Positions 1 through 19,232 of a stretch of 64,000 nucleotides of DNA are shown piece after piece. The translations under genes and the position numbers were made by a program. Positions within the stretch are counted from its first letter, which is position 1. Each line of letters opens with the position of its first letter. The stretch is from the human T2T-CHM13v2.0 reference genome, Homo sapiens. The notes under the pieces are model-generated. The model did not search any database and was not told the origin of the DNA. It was given only the letters and a program-made list of their open reading frames with translations. The stretch is taken from assembly GCF_009914755.1 (NCBI RefSeq), contig NC_060938.1. One strand, 5' to 3'.

Positions 1-658
<658 letters not shown>

Positions 659-1412
659 TAATTCTTTCTTTCTTTTTTTTTTTGGCCCAGATTCTGCAAT
701 TATTCTAAGTCTGGCTTTCATTTTTCTCTCAGGCCCCAATTCTCTTATAGCCCACTTCTCCCTTTGAATTTGCTGATGCTGAACCTGGAGCTTATCTGAG
801 GCTTTCTTGGAAAGAACCTGGCTTGTCTTTGGTGTTCTGAGATGCAATTTTTTCTCTTTTGATTTTTCTGGAAATTCAAACCTATCTGTGTTTTTCTTTC
901 CACATAGTTATCAACATTTCTGATATATTGATGATACTCTAATTGTTTTCCACTGTTATGTGTCTGTGCTTTTAAAAAAAATTGTCTTGGTTATTTAATG
1001 TGACTTTTAACGCTTAAAAAAGTGGAGATGTATACATTTGTTAACAATGCCATGAAAGCATTTTCTTTCTCCTGAGGAAAAGTGAATTTCTTACCAGAAT
1101 ATCTGGCTGATCCTGTAATTTAAATTAAAATAAAATTTTGGAGAAACAGCAAAACAAATCAACAAACAAAAAACTGTCTTGACGTTTCCGTGGGAGGTAT
1201 AGAATTAATCATGTGTGTACAGTCTACTGCAGCTTGACCTAGAACCTTTCCTATGAGAGATTCTTAATAATAAGCTCTGCATCTATAGGAATAAAACTTA
1301 ATTTAGTGGCCCATCCATTTATTTCTTCCCTCTCTGGGTCTTCAACATGCATTATATGTGCACACTAAATCATTTATTCCTTTTTATAATTTTCCTTAGT
1401 ATTCATTAAGCT

Positions 1413-1715
<303 letters not shown>

Positions 1716-1719
1716 TTAT

Positions 1720-2050
1720 TTATATGTATATATATATATAATGAATATATATATATATATAATGAATATATATATATAATGAATATATATATAATGAATA
1801 TATATAATGAATATATATATAATGAATATATATAATGAATATATATATAATGAATATATATAATGAATATATATATAATGAATATATATAATGAATATAT
1901 ATATAATGAATATATATAATGAATATATATATAATGAATATATATATAATGAATATATATATAATGAATATATATAATGAATATATATAATATATATATA
2001 GTGAATATATATATAATGAATATATATATAATGAATATATATATATATAA

Positions 2051-2088
<38 letters not shown>

Positions 2089-2091
2089 TTA
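1720..2091. repeat. AT-rich VNTR [AATGAA(TA)n], about 21 units of mostly 13/15 bp
   Basis: Read directly from the sequence. Confidence 0.95.
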
Positions 2092-2201
2092 AGCTATCAA
2101 TGCTTGGGTTCTCTTTTTTCCCTATCCTGAAAATGTAAAATACTGGAAAGACGTATTTGAATAATGTATCCCCAATGAGCATTAAAAAATTTCAGCATAC
2201 A

Positions 2202-2526
<325 letters not shown>

Positions 2527-2661
2527 TTATTGTTATGTAGCTGTTATAGATTGCCATAATTCTAAAGGGAATTACAGTAATTTATAGTCAGAATACAGTT
2601 TATAATGAAAATATACCAGTAAGTTCAAAGATTTGAATAAACTAGTTGCATGTAATTTTAT

Positions 2662-2728
<67 letters not shown>

Positions 2729-2730
2729 CT
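2662..2730. repeat. (TTTC)n microsatellite
   Basis: Read directly; tail of an antisense Alu monomer. Confidence 0.95.
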
Positions 2731-3737
2731 TTCCTCCTTTCTTCCTTTCTTTCTCCCTTTTATTTTTTTCGGGGTTTTGCCATGTTGCCCAGGCTGATCT
2801 TGAACTCCTGAGCTCGGGCAATCCACCTACCTTGGCCTCCCAGAGTGATGGGGCTACAGGCATGAGCGAGCCCATCAGGCCTATTCTCATGCTTTCTATA
2901 CATTACCAGCCTCAAGACATTTTACAGCTAGTGGCTAATAATACTTGAAATATCTGCCAACCTAAAATGCAAGGAAAATTAACATAGGCTGTTGTATAGT
3001 AGACCATGACATATAAATGGAGATGCAAACCCAGTGCTGAAGCTGTGTCTAAAACAGAATAATAAGATACTCCTGGATTTCTGAAGCTATTTAACTACCC
3101 CATTCTCTTCACAAAGCAGAAAGGAAAATAACACTGACAGATGGTACCCAGTGCTACAAAAGACAACAATACTGTCTATTCTAAACAGATACAAAGTAGT
3201 GATTTCACGTTTTAAAAAAGACACCAAGAACAGTTTTCACCATTGCTTTTGACCAACTCCTTCTTATCTGCCCTTCAGATAAGGACCCCTTTTATCTGCC
3301 CTTCAGAGTGATACCCAAATTCCAGCTCATGGAAAGCCGGTAGTAATCTGGACTCCATCTTCCTCTGAAGCTTTATTTCCTAGTAGTTACTCTCCTGTTG
3401 GCCATGTTCTAACCACATTGAGCTTCTTTCTGTCTGCTTATGGACAAGTCAAGTTTCCATTCCCCATACCTTTCTCATGATGTTCATTCTACTTGAAGAG
3501 TCATTCCTCCCTCTTGTTGCCTTACACACACTTACTCTTTTTCAAGACTGAATCCGAATAATATCTTTTTGGGGAAAGTCTTACACAAAGAATCAACATT
3601 GACCTTTCCAATGTTTAAGAAATATGTTGTGCCTTTATTACCATTGGATTGTGCCATATTTCAGAGATTAAAGTTGGCCTGCTGGGCTTGAACACCATGA
3701 CTTTTACAAAAATCCTGTGTTTAAATAAAATTCATAT

Positions 3738-4203
3738 TGATGTAGGATTTTTTACTCCTTAGCTCAGCTAGATCCGAGTTATTGTCTCATGACCAGGAAA
3801 AATTAGGCACGGGAACATCAAAGAGTGAGTGGAATAGAATTTATTAAGCGAAAAGGAATGATCTCAGCAAAAAGAGCGGTCCTGAAAGCAGGTTGCTGGT
3901 TGTCTTCCTTCATAGTTGAACACAAGGGCTTCTATATCCGCTGATGGGGCTGGGTTCCCTATTTGCATAGGGCATCAATTCTTGGTTGGCTCCACCCCAT
4001 CTTTCCAGTGCGCGTGCGGGTCCTTAGTCTGAGCCACTCCACATTGATTTATTTCCTTACTGCGCATGTGTTAAGGGACGGAATTTTTCATTGCGGGCAT
4101 GTTTGGGCAAGCCTTCTGTGCACAATGAGCTTGGCGGGTCGGGGGTTCTCCAGGGACCCTCCCCTATCTGCCTAGGAGAGTTCTCTGCCTCCTGCCTCTA
4201 TCA
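3738..4203 (-). mobile_element. ERV1 solo LTR, MER61-like
   Basis: TG...CA ends. Minus strand begins TGATAGAGGCAGGAGGCAGAG. Near 4-bp TSD (ATAT/GTAT). Confidence 0.7.
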
Positions 4204-4721
4204 GTATTCTCATGTCAATGCCAGGCTGCAATCATTTTTTTCTTTATATGCTAAATATACAAGTAGAAAATTATAGAATCAATTTAACTGTAAACATGTA
4301 ATGTCATTATGTACATGATCTTAAATTATCCTTTTGGAAGATAAGTCTTTTTCTTTTTTAGTAGAAATATTAGGTCCTCTGTTTTCATTGTTAACCACAT
4401 CAGAATCTGTATTATTACTTTTTATTTTGGAAATCAATTGCAGTACAGCAGGCTTACCATATGGTGGCACCCAAAAGCCCAGAAACCAACATCATGCGGC
4501 CCAGTATTAGACATGTGTTCAAAAATGTAGGCAGTCAGCTTTCTAGTAGGTAGCAACAGGAAATAAAGCGTCGTAAGACAGTCATCTTAAGAGGGTGCTG
4601 GAAATGTTCTACATTTTTATCTGGGTGGTGATTACATAGGTGTATATGTAAAAATTCATAAAGCTGTATTTTTATTTGTTCATTTTATTATTTGTATGTT
4701 GCACAACAATAAAAAAATTTA

Positions 4722-7176
<2,455 letters not shown>

Positions 7177-7547
7177 TCATAGTAATGAATCTCCATGATG
7201 CATTGAATAATTTATATCAACAAAAAGCAAATGTTTGAAAGAGCCATCAGTGTTTCTCCTTAAAAAAAAACTCTCTCACTGCATCAGCCTCTCTTCTATT
7301 TACTTTGGATGAAGATATTGTAGATGATAGTCTTGATGATACTTTTCTATAACTAATTTTTTTTGTAATTTGTAGCCAATGCTTAGAAGTGAAGTTGCAA
7401 GGTAGGTTGTTTTGTTTTTCTTCTGCTAATACATGTATTCTCCTGATCATGTACCAGGAACTGACTTAGGCCCAAAGGACAGGATAATGTATGATACCGA
7501 CACAGTCCCTTCCTATGGAGCTCAGAATCTAGGCCCTAGAAGACTGT

Positions 7548-7550
<3 letters not shown>

Positions 7551-7592
<42 letters not shown>
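7551..7592. repeat. (TG)n microsatellite
   Basis: Read directly. Confidence 0.95.
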
Positions 7593-7594
<2 letters not shown>

Positions 7595-9296
7595 TGCACT
7601 TGGTAAAGCATTATCTAGCAACAGTGAATATCTGTTGTTTGTTGCATAGCATCCCACCTTCTTTTGGGAAACCATCCAGACTCCATTCTGTTATTTGGTT
7701 TAGGTGAAATTGACCACAAATCAATCACTACCATTGATGAAGATTGATTCAAGAATGGTCGTATAATCCAGTAAGAACTGATGAATGCCTGAGAGCCAAT
7801 AAATAAAGACTTCTGGAAAAGAGAGGCATTCATTCTTGCCTTTGAGCTTTGCAAGGTGGTAAAGCTTGGTAATAGTCGCCATATAGCTAACTTGAGTGGA
7901 GCCATCAAGGTAACCAAGGCTGTCAGACACCCCCAGAGAGAATCATTCACATGTGCAAAGGATGAACTCAACACCCAGAAGAAGCATCCTAGTGACATTG
8001 GGCAGCTCTGATTCAAGAGGAACCTGAAACTACTCACAGAATTCATTGAAATTGAGCCAATAAATTCATTCATTTCTTAGGGCGGCTTCAGTTTTCTGTC
8101 ATTTGCAGCATAAAGATCTGGTGTAATAAAAGTCTAGGAGGAAATAAAAGATTTCTTTCCTATTCTCAACCTCCGGTTTCATCTCCTAGAGATAATCACT
8201 GTTTCTTACAGACATATGTTTGCAAACATGTATCTAATGTATGCCTTTTAATGCAAATAGGATTGTATTAAATATATAGTTCCACCACTTGCTCTTTTAA
8301 ACTTATGTTGTATTATGGGCATCTTCCTTTGTCAACATATAGATCTACCACTTTTTCTTTATAGTTGCATACAATTCTATAAATTAGATGTATCATCAAT
8401 TTAATCTCTTCCTTTGATAGAAATTTAGTTTTTCCTCAATTTTTTACTTTGACAAACATTACCTTTATACGTATATCTTTGTGCACTTGTGCAGCTATAA
8501 AAGGAAAAAAAAATCCTAAAAGTGAAAGTGCTCAAAGAGAATGTGCACTTAAAATTTTTGGCCTCCAGAATTATTACAGCAATTTATACTCTTTTCAGAA
8601 ACATGAGGCTACGTTTCCTAGTGCTGGTAAAACTGTGTTTGATAAACTTCAGAAAAGTTTGCCAGTACGATAATGAAAAGCAGTATTGTTTTCTTGATTT
8701 GCATTTGTTTAGTGAGTGCATATATATATATACACGTGGAGACATACATGGAGCGACACATACATATTTAGGCTATTTTATAACTTCATTAACTATTTTA
8801 ATGTAAATTTTTTATTCATATCCTTAGTTGATTTTTCTGTTGGGTCATTTATCTTTTCCTCATTTATTTGTCTTTATATATTAAGAAAATAGATTCTTTT
8901 CTCATACGTATTTTGAATATTCTTTTCAGTTTTGTTGTTTGTCTTTTTGGTAATTTATTTCTGAATTTCTTTTTCTATTAAATGTTCTAAGTAGAGAAAA
9001 AACAGGAGAGGATTATATAATGAGCACTCATACAGCCACTACCTAGTTTTAACATGTTGTCATTTTGTAATATTTGCTTCAGCGTTTTTTTTAAAAGAAA
9101 AAATGTTGCAGATACAACTGAAGTTCTTTCATACCCTCTCCAATTCCATTCCTTTCCACCCCTCCCCAGAATAACTAGCATCCTGAAGGAAATGTGCCTG
9201 TGTTTTTGGAAACCCTTTATACCCCTCAAATACCCCTCACATGAACTATTTAAATATTTTCCTTTGTCTTTCAGGAAAAAAAAAAAGAAAATGTTA

Positions 9297-9452
<156 letters not shown>

Positions 9453-9852
9453 TTAGCCAGGTGTGAGAAGCTATTCTCAAACTGTGCGAGCCTCTTGACA
9501 GATGTTGCTAATAAAGAACAGAGAAGAATCTGCCCATCAAACTTTCCTCAAATGAGGTCACTGAGTTATGATCAGATGGCATCATTATAATTTATTTCAA
9601 CCTCAGAAGAGGTTATTTTTTTAAGGTCATAGTATCTCTTTCTGTCCACTTTGAAGCATATATTAGTTGGCATCAAAGCCCTCCATGTCTGCTTCTGTAA
9701 AAGGTCATGGTTGAGGGAGTTGGGGGTGTTCAGGCCTGCTTGGACACATGAAAAATGAAGAAACTTCATAAGCACTGTGATGAAACCAACGTGGTCATGT
9801 CTGAACATTTTTGAAGAATGAATTTTAAAACAGTTTTTAAAAAACCCACAAG

Positions 9853-10118
9853 CCTTTTGAATGGTCTCCAGTTATTTGGTATGCTGAAACTTCTACCTCA
9901 TTGCTTTTTCTTTTCTATTAAAGTTTTGTTTGTTTGTTTGTTTAGAGCTAGTGTCTCACCCTGATGCCCAGGCTGATCTCAAAACCTTTTGAATGGTCTC
10001 CAGTTATTTGGTATGCTGAAACTTCTACCTCATTGCTTTTTTTTTCTGTTAAAGTTTTGTTTGTTTGTTTGTTTGTTTAGAGCTAGGGTCTCACCCTGAT
10101 GCCCAGGCTGATCTCAAA
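9853..10118. repeat. ~132-bp tandem duplication
   Basis: Copies at 9853-9984 and 9985-10118, both starting CCTTTTGAATGGTCTCCAG. Confidence 0.95.
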
Positions 10119-10269
10119 CTCCTGGGCTCAAGCAGTTCTCCTCCCGAAGTGCTTGGATTATAGGCATGAGCCACCATGTCCAGCAACTTTTTTTTTTAAA
10201 GGACCCAAAATAGGCCTAGTGTAAACAAGTGAGTCACCTCCAGTTTTGACAAGTACCTTAAGCATTATA

Positions 10270-11524
10270 GGAAGGGTCTTCAAAAAGTTTTTGGAAAGTG
10301 CCTTTTATGAAAAAAAATAAGAATGGATTTCAAAATTTTTTGGCACCAAAGGAAACTCACACTATCTTGTCATAACATGTCTGAACAGAATCTAGTTTAA
10401 GACACTAAGAAGAATAAGACATCAGTTTGAAAAGAGCCCCTCTTGGAGCAACATAAATTCTGCTAAAATTGAAGCAAAAACAAACATCATATTTATGGTG
10501 AAGTGAAGCTTGAGTGGAAGAATGGTTAAATCACTGATGCTTTATGAAAAGACTATGGGGACAATGTCCCAAAGAAATCAGCAGTTTACAACTGGATAGA
10601 TCATTTTAAGAAAGGACGAGACAGTGTTGAATATGAAGCTTGCAGTGGCAGACCATCCACATCAATTTGCAAGGAAAAAATTATACTTTAAGAGCACCAG
10701 TGATGAACAACAGAAACAAAAACCAACACCACAGACATCTCAATTGGTTCAGTATACACAATGCTGACTGAAAAATTAAAGTTGAGCAGTCTTTCCACTT
10801 GATGGGTGCCAATACCATTGCTCCCAGATCAGCTGCAGACAAGAGCAGAGCTTTCAGTGGAGATTTTAAGTAAATGGGATCAAGATCCTCATGCCTTTCT
10901 TTGAAGAATTGTAACAGGAGATGAAACATGGCTTTAGCAGTATGATCCTGAAGACAAAGCACAATCAAAACAATGGATACCAAGAGGTGGAAGTGGCCAG
11001 ACAAAGCAAAAGTGAACTGGTCAAGAGCAAAGGTCATGGTAACAGTTTGCGGGGATACTCAAGGCATTTTGCTGGTTGACTTTCTGCTTATCGTGAGAGT
11101 ATTTTCAGAAAGTTAGGAAAGCTTTGGCAGAAAAATGGCTGGGAAAGCTTCACCAGAGAGTCTTTCTCCACCAAAACAATGCTCCTGCTCATTCCTCGTT
11201 CAAACAATGCAATCTTGTCATTGTTTCCATGGGAAACCATTAGACATCCACCTCACAGTCCTCACTTGGCTCTTTCTGACTTTTTTTGTTTCCTAATCTT
11301 AAAAAAAATCTTTAATGGGCACCCGTTTTTCTTCAGTTAATAATGTAAAAAAGACTGCATAAATTTCCAGAACCCTCAGTTCTTTAGGGATGGACTAAAT
11401 GGCTAGTATTATCTCTTACAAAAGTGTTTTGAACTTAACGGAACTTATGTTGAGAAATAAAGTTTATATTTTTTATTTTATATTTTAATTCCATTGTTTT
11501 CATGAACTATTTGAAGTCCTCCAA
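10270..11524 (+). mobile_element. Near full-length Hsmar2 mariner transposon, transposase decayed
   Basis: TA-flanked degenerate TIRs (GGAAGGGTCTTCAAAAAGTT ... AACTATTTGAAGTCCTCCAA). Transposase remnants WVP, VTGDETW, HQNNAPAH, HPPHSPHLALSDF. Start codon ATG>ATA at 10453. Confidence 0.92.
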
Positions 11525-11579
11525 TACTTCTATGGTTTTATGCTTCTTCCACAGATCCATGTTTTTTAAATTTTGAATT

Positions 11580-12557
<978 letters not shown>

Positions 12558-14769
12558 TCATATAATTCCTACTCAGTCAGCAGTGAAGATTACTCACATC
12601 CTTTCTGCCTCTGGTATTTTTGTTTTGAGGTTGTGTGTTTTTGATAGTAGTGTAATTTATCAAACTTTGCTTTATGACTCCTAGTCTGTGTGTGTTGTGG
12701 GGTGTGTGTGTGTGTGTGTGTGGTCATGTTTAGAGATTATTTTTGTCTTGTTTAGTTTTGGTAGTATATTTACTACTGGCATTTGGTAGCCATTTACTAA
12801 TGGCTATTCTAGTTTAAGTTGCAAGTACTGTTTGTTTCACAATGATGAAAAGAAAAGAGAATAGTGCTAATAGCCCACAAATCTGGTAATCCTACAACAG
12901 GATTTTATTTTTATTGTACAATGCTTTGCCTGCCAAGTATTAAGAGGGGACAAAAGTTAAATCAAATTAAATTCAGAAAACCATGTTTGGGAAACTGCAC
13001 TAAATACTGTATGTAATAGCCAGACATTTTTCATTGACAGTTTTTGCTCATTGCACAGAACTGGGTTATCTAATGGAGCATTAATTATCGTATCAGGTCC
13101 AGGGTACACAGTTAATCTGGTAGGTCCCAAACTATTGTTTCTTTCCTCCATCTTCCTCCTCCTCCTTTTGAAATAGTGTTGACTTTTTCTTCCTTATCAG
13201 GTCAGTCTCAAAGTCTCAGGAAAATCTTAGATGTAGCATAGTTCAAGATAAAAATGTTTGCAGCATAAGCTTATCCAAGGCATTAAACTCTGTCATGCCA
13301 TCCAGCTAAAAACAAACTAAAACTCCAACCTGTAGGATACCTAGATGTGACATCTGCTGAGCTGTCCTGTATTTAAAAAAACAATAAATTACAGAGTAAG
13401 GCAGGAATGTAGCAGGTGTGGTAAATCAGGAATGGCTTCTTGACATAAACTGATGATGTGCTTACTTCTGAAACAAAGAGGTGTTTTATCTTACACATTC
13501 AACCCTTTTTGTAAAAGATATTTCATAACACTATAAGATCTAACAACAGTTTTCTATACTATTCCTGACTGTGAGGGTAATGATTACTTTACTTCATCAT
13601 GTATATGTGCCTAAATGAAGAATTTTTGCCTTGAGATGAGTATTCCCCCAATTTATGTGTGAATTTTCTTCTTTTTTTAAAAGAAGAATAAAGAAGGAAA
13701 AAAGTTTTCTTTAGAAAACTTTTAGAAAAAGTTTGTCCTGCATAGGGATAGTGATTTTGTTTTTCAGTTTTCACAATTTTTAGAAGATAGGAAAATCTTT
13801 AAACCCTTTTGGCCAGACCTTGGTTTTTAAATAAAAAGCATTTAAAGAAAACACATAAGTCTTCACTCAAGACACATGGAGAGACATCCCTAGTTGATGA
13901 AGCCTTCTCAGACCCTTATGATAAAGTATTTATATCCTGTTCTTTCCAAGGAAACTCCAAGGCACTCTTGGTTACAACTTGTGCTGCAACATCTCTCATT
14001 TGTGTTTTGTTCTTTAATTATTGGCACTCGCTGTTCCAGAAATCGGTGTGTGCCATTTAGCCTCTACCTGACTCGCTGATCCCTGATTCCTGCCTTCCTC
14101 CGACTTCAGCTCTCAGGTGAAATGGGTAAACTCATGTCTGAAGCAGGAAATGGCCGCTGATTTTGATGATGGAGATGTTGGATTTAAAGCAGCTGCTTGG
14201 GAAGCAGGCATTTGTGCTAGATAAGAAGGCTAAGGTTCTTCAAGGCCATTACTGTCTCGGCCTAGAAATAACATTCTACAGGACACTTGGTTTGTTTCAG
14301 GATTGACTTCACAAGCTTTCTTTCTTACTATTTAAGTCTCATCATTAATGGTCCATTGTTTTTTGTCTCTTTTATTATATTCTGACACAGAACTAGTCAA
14401 AGCTTTGCAAATCTTTTCAGAGGATATGAAGGTACATGTAATTTTTCATTCAATTGCTGAGTTTGACTATTATAATAGGATATCACCTATAAGTAGTGAG
14501 GCCTAAGACCAAAGATCTAGATACAAAGAATAATAATTAGTATATTAATATACCTTGTTTGTATTTCCTACAAGATATTAAGTGGTAAATTTATTAGCTT
14601 AAGAAAAACACTTCATTGTATTATAATTGTCAAGGAGTGAAAATCTTTGCTAAAAGCATTGGCAAAGTTATGCTTTGTAAAATCATTTATGTATGAAATG
14701 TAAACATACATCATATCCCAATAGGCATAGGCCTTTTAGGAAATCCTAAGTGATCAAGGACAAAAAATA

Positions 14770-14770
14770 T

Positions 14771-14813
<43 letters not shown>

Positions 14814-15112
14814 CTTTCTTAGAGATGGGGTCTTGCTTTGTTGCCCAGGCTGGAGTGTAGTGGTACAATCACAGCTCACTGCAGCCTTGACCTCCCAGGT
14901 TCAAGCAATCCTCCCACCTCAGTATCCTAAGTAGCTGGGACTACAGGCAAGCACAAGCATACCTGGCTAATTAAAAAAAAAAAAAAAGAATTGTAGATAT
15001 TAGGTCTCACTATGTTGGCTAGGCTGGTCTCAAATTCCTGGGTTTAAGTAATTCTCCTGACTTGGCCTTTTAAAGTGCTGGGATTCCAGGTGTGAGCCAC
15101 TGCATCTGGCCA
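14770..15112 (-). mobile_element. AluJ with (TTTA)n tail
   Basis: Alu consensus. Confidence 0.9.
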
Positions 15113-16224
15113 AAAGTCATTTAATTTTACAATAGATGTATTAACAAGATTCAAGTATGAGTTAATTATTCATCCCAGTTTCAGATGTTATCCTCGTAAA
15201 CAAAAATTTTCTCAGCACTTATTGACTATATTTTGAAGGAAAAGGAAGATAATGAAAGCTTTTAGTCCTGCAAAGAGCAATTTCAGTCAATGAATTTAAT
15301 AGCGTAAATTATTTTTACTATCGTCTTTGATGGTATACGGAAAAAAGTTAATAGATCCTCTCTTTTCACATCTGGAACTTATAAATCAATCCTCGTTAGT
15401 AGCGTGCTTTCTCCATGCTTGATGATAACTCATAGCAGCTGGGGGTTGGTATTAATCTCTTCCTAATTAGAGAAGCAGATGCCACAAATTCATCATTCTA
15501 CATGAGAGCAAAGGTGTTAAATCCATTCCTCTGATTCTTCTCATCTTATTCTCCATAAAGCAATCCATAATAACTTTACTGTTCATCATACGAAGTGAGG
15601 GCTGATAGAAGATTGAGATTTTGAGGTGGAGAGCTGGATTTGAATCCAGCCTCTAACTGGCTGTGTGATCCTAGTCATGCAACTTAATCTCTCTGAGCCT
15701 TAGATTATTAGTCTGCACACAGTCATTCTAGTTACCTCACAAGACAGTAGTTATGATTAAATGATGTAATTCATGGGAAAAGCATCACGCAAATACCTTT
15801 TGAAAAAAACTTTTAATTATTGAAAATTTCAATTCTTAGGTCAAGAGAAAATTATGTTGTACCGTCATGTGCCCATCACCCAGCCTCAACAATCATCCAT
15901 TCATGGCCAATCCTGTTAGATCTATACTCCACCCAGTTTCCCTTCCTTTCTCAAAAGGAATATAAAACAAATTCCAGACATCATGTCATTTCCCTGCTTA
16001 AATATTTTAGTATGTGTTTCTAAAAGGTAAAGTTTTTTTTAGGCATAACTATAAAACCATTATCACACTTTAAAAATTCAACAAATATCCAGTAAGTGTC
16101 TATTTCCCTAATTGTCTCACAAAATTTTTTAAATAATTATTTACTTCCAGCCTGGAAACATGTGAGACCCAGTCGCTACAGTTTTTTTTTTGTTTTTTTT
16201 TTTTTTCCAATTCACCACAGTTGA

Positions 16225-16700
<476 letters not shown>

Positions 16701-16786
16701 AATTATTTTGTTTGTCTCAGGATTTAAATAAGGTCTACATGTAGCTTTTGGCCTATTTTGTCTTTTTAGTCTAATTTAATCTGTAA

Positions 16787-16976
16787 CTGCACTGTCCAAC
16801 ATTGTAGCCACTAGCCACATGTAATGATTTAAATTCAAGCATTAATTAAAATTAAATCAAATTAGAAATTCCATTTCTCAGTTGCAGTAGCCATGTTTCT
16901 AGTGCCAAATAGCCACATGGATAGTACAGATACAGAACATCTCTATCATTGCAGAAAGCACTGTAGGACAGTGCTA
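16787..16976 (-). mobile_element. MER3 (hAT-Charlie)
   Basis: CTGCACTGTCCAA...GTAGCCACTAGCCACATG...GGACAGTGCT pattern. Confidence 0.75.
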
Positions 16977-17639
16977 CTCTACAAGTCTCTCCCTTCCTCT
17001 ATTTTATTCCCTTCAATTTAATTGTTGAAAAAACCAAGTCATTTGTCTTACAAAGTTTCCCACATTCTGGATTTTACTGATTGATTCCTGTGGTGTCATT
17101 AAATATGTTCTTCTGCCCCATGCATTTTCTATAAACTGGTGGTTAGAGTTAGAGACTAAAAAGCTTCACCCTTTTTGTGATCTCAAGTTCAACCATGTGA
17201 TCTTGAGTGTGTAACTTGGAGTATCAGTTCTCTCATATGTAAAATGGGAATAATAGCATACCTATTTGTTGTAAAAACTAAATGATATAATTGATACAAG
17301 TGCTTAGCTTTGCACATAGATTCAGTATATATTAGTTATCATTTGCATCATTATAATTGTTATCAGGCAGTGATTCTCAAATCCCAGTCCAATGATATTT
17401 TCTGGATACATAAAAAATTAAGTTTTCTGGAGACTCTAATTCAGTAGGTTTGTGGCCCCCCCAAAATCTACCTACCAGGTGAAGTAGCATGAGTTGTAGC
17501 TACTCAGGAGGCTGAGGCAGGAGGATGGCTTGAACCTAGGAGTTGAAAGCCTGCTTGGGTAACACAGAGAGACTCTGCCTCTTAAAAAAAGAATTCTTAG
17601 ATAATTCTAATGCATTTGTGGGTTTGGAAATTGATGGCT

Positions 17640-17950
17640 TTGCGATGTATAAACTTGACTAGGCTGAACTACAGTCCCCAGAAGTCCATTTCTAGTATAT
17701 TTCCCATTTGAGTGAATGGCAACAGATCTCTTGCAAGAGTTGGAAGATGAAAGGGAGGCAGCAGATGTTTTGTATTATAGTATATACATTCTTTCAGTTA
17801 TTCAATCAAACATAATCTGAGTGTTATCATGAAGGGATTTTGCAGTTGTAGTTAAAGTCCCTAATTAGTTGACTTTAAGTTGATAAAAGGGAGATTATCC
17901 AGGGTGGCCCTGATTTAATCAGTTAGAAGGCCTTTAAAATAGGGCTTTTC
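17640..17950 (+). mobile_element. MLT2 LTR, 5' part (split by L1)
   Basis: GACTAGGCTGAACTACAGTCCCCAG ... ATTCAATCAAACA ... AAAAGGGAGATTATCC motifs. Confidence 0.65.
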
Positions 17951-18541
17951 CCAGGCCAGGGCTTACTAGTGAACTCTGTCAAATGTTTAAAGAAGAACCA
18001 ATTCTTCACAAATTCTTCCAAAATGTAAAAGAGGAGAAAACACTTCCCAAATTATTCTATAAGGCCTGATGCCAAAATCAAAGACAACACAAGAAAAAAA
18101 CAAGACTATTATGTGTTTTGAATATAAATGCAACAGTTCTCAATAAAATATTAGCAAACTGGATCCAGCAGCATAATAAAAAAAGGATTATACACCAAGA
18201 CCAAGTAAAATGTATCCCAGGAATGCAAGGTTGGTTTAACACCTGAAATCAATTAATGTAATACACTATATAGTAGAATAAGGGACAAACCCACATGATC
18301 ATTTCAATAGATGACGAAAAAGTATTTGACAAAATTCAGCAACTCTTCATAATAAAAGAAATCAACAAACAAGAAATAGAAGGAAACTTCCTCAACCTAA
18401 TAAAAAGCATTTATGAAAAACCATGCCAGGTGCGGTGGCTCATGCCTGTAATCCCAGCACTTTGGGAGGCTGAGGCGGGCAGATCATGAGGTAAGAGATC
18501 GAGACCATCCTGGCCAACATGGTGAAACCCCATCTCTACTA

Positions 18542-18700
<159 letters not shown>

Positions 18701-18868
18701 CTAAAAAAAAAAAAGAAAAGAAAAACCAACAGCTAACAGCATACTTAGTGGTAAAAGGTTGAATGTTTTCTTCCTAAGATTAGGAACAAGACAAGAATGT
18801 CTTGTCTCACCACTTCTAATCAACATTTTACTGGAGGTTATATCTAGGGCAATTGGACAAGAACATTA

Positions 18869-19232
<364 letters not shown>

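Noticed and set aside
9464-9810. Unique-looking sequence after a truncated Alu, possibly another pseudogene fragment
   Set aside because: I could not match any frame to a known protein; a BLASTx search would be needed.
10681-11037. 118-aa minus-strand ORF
   Set aside because: Antisense to the decayed Hsmar2 transposase.
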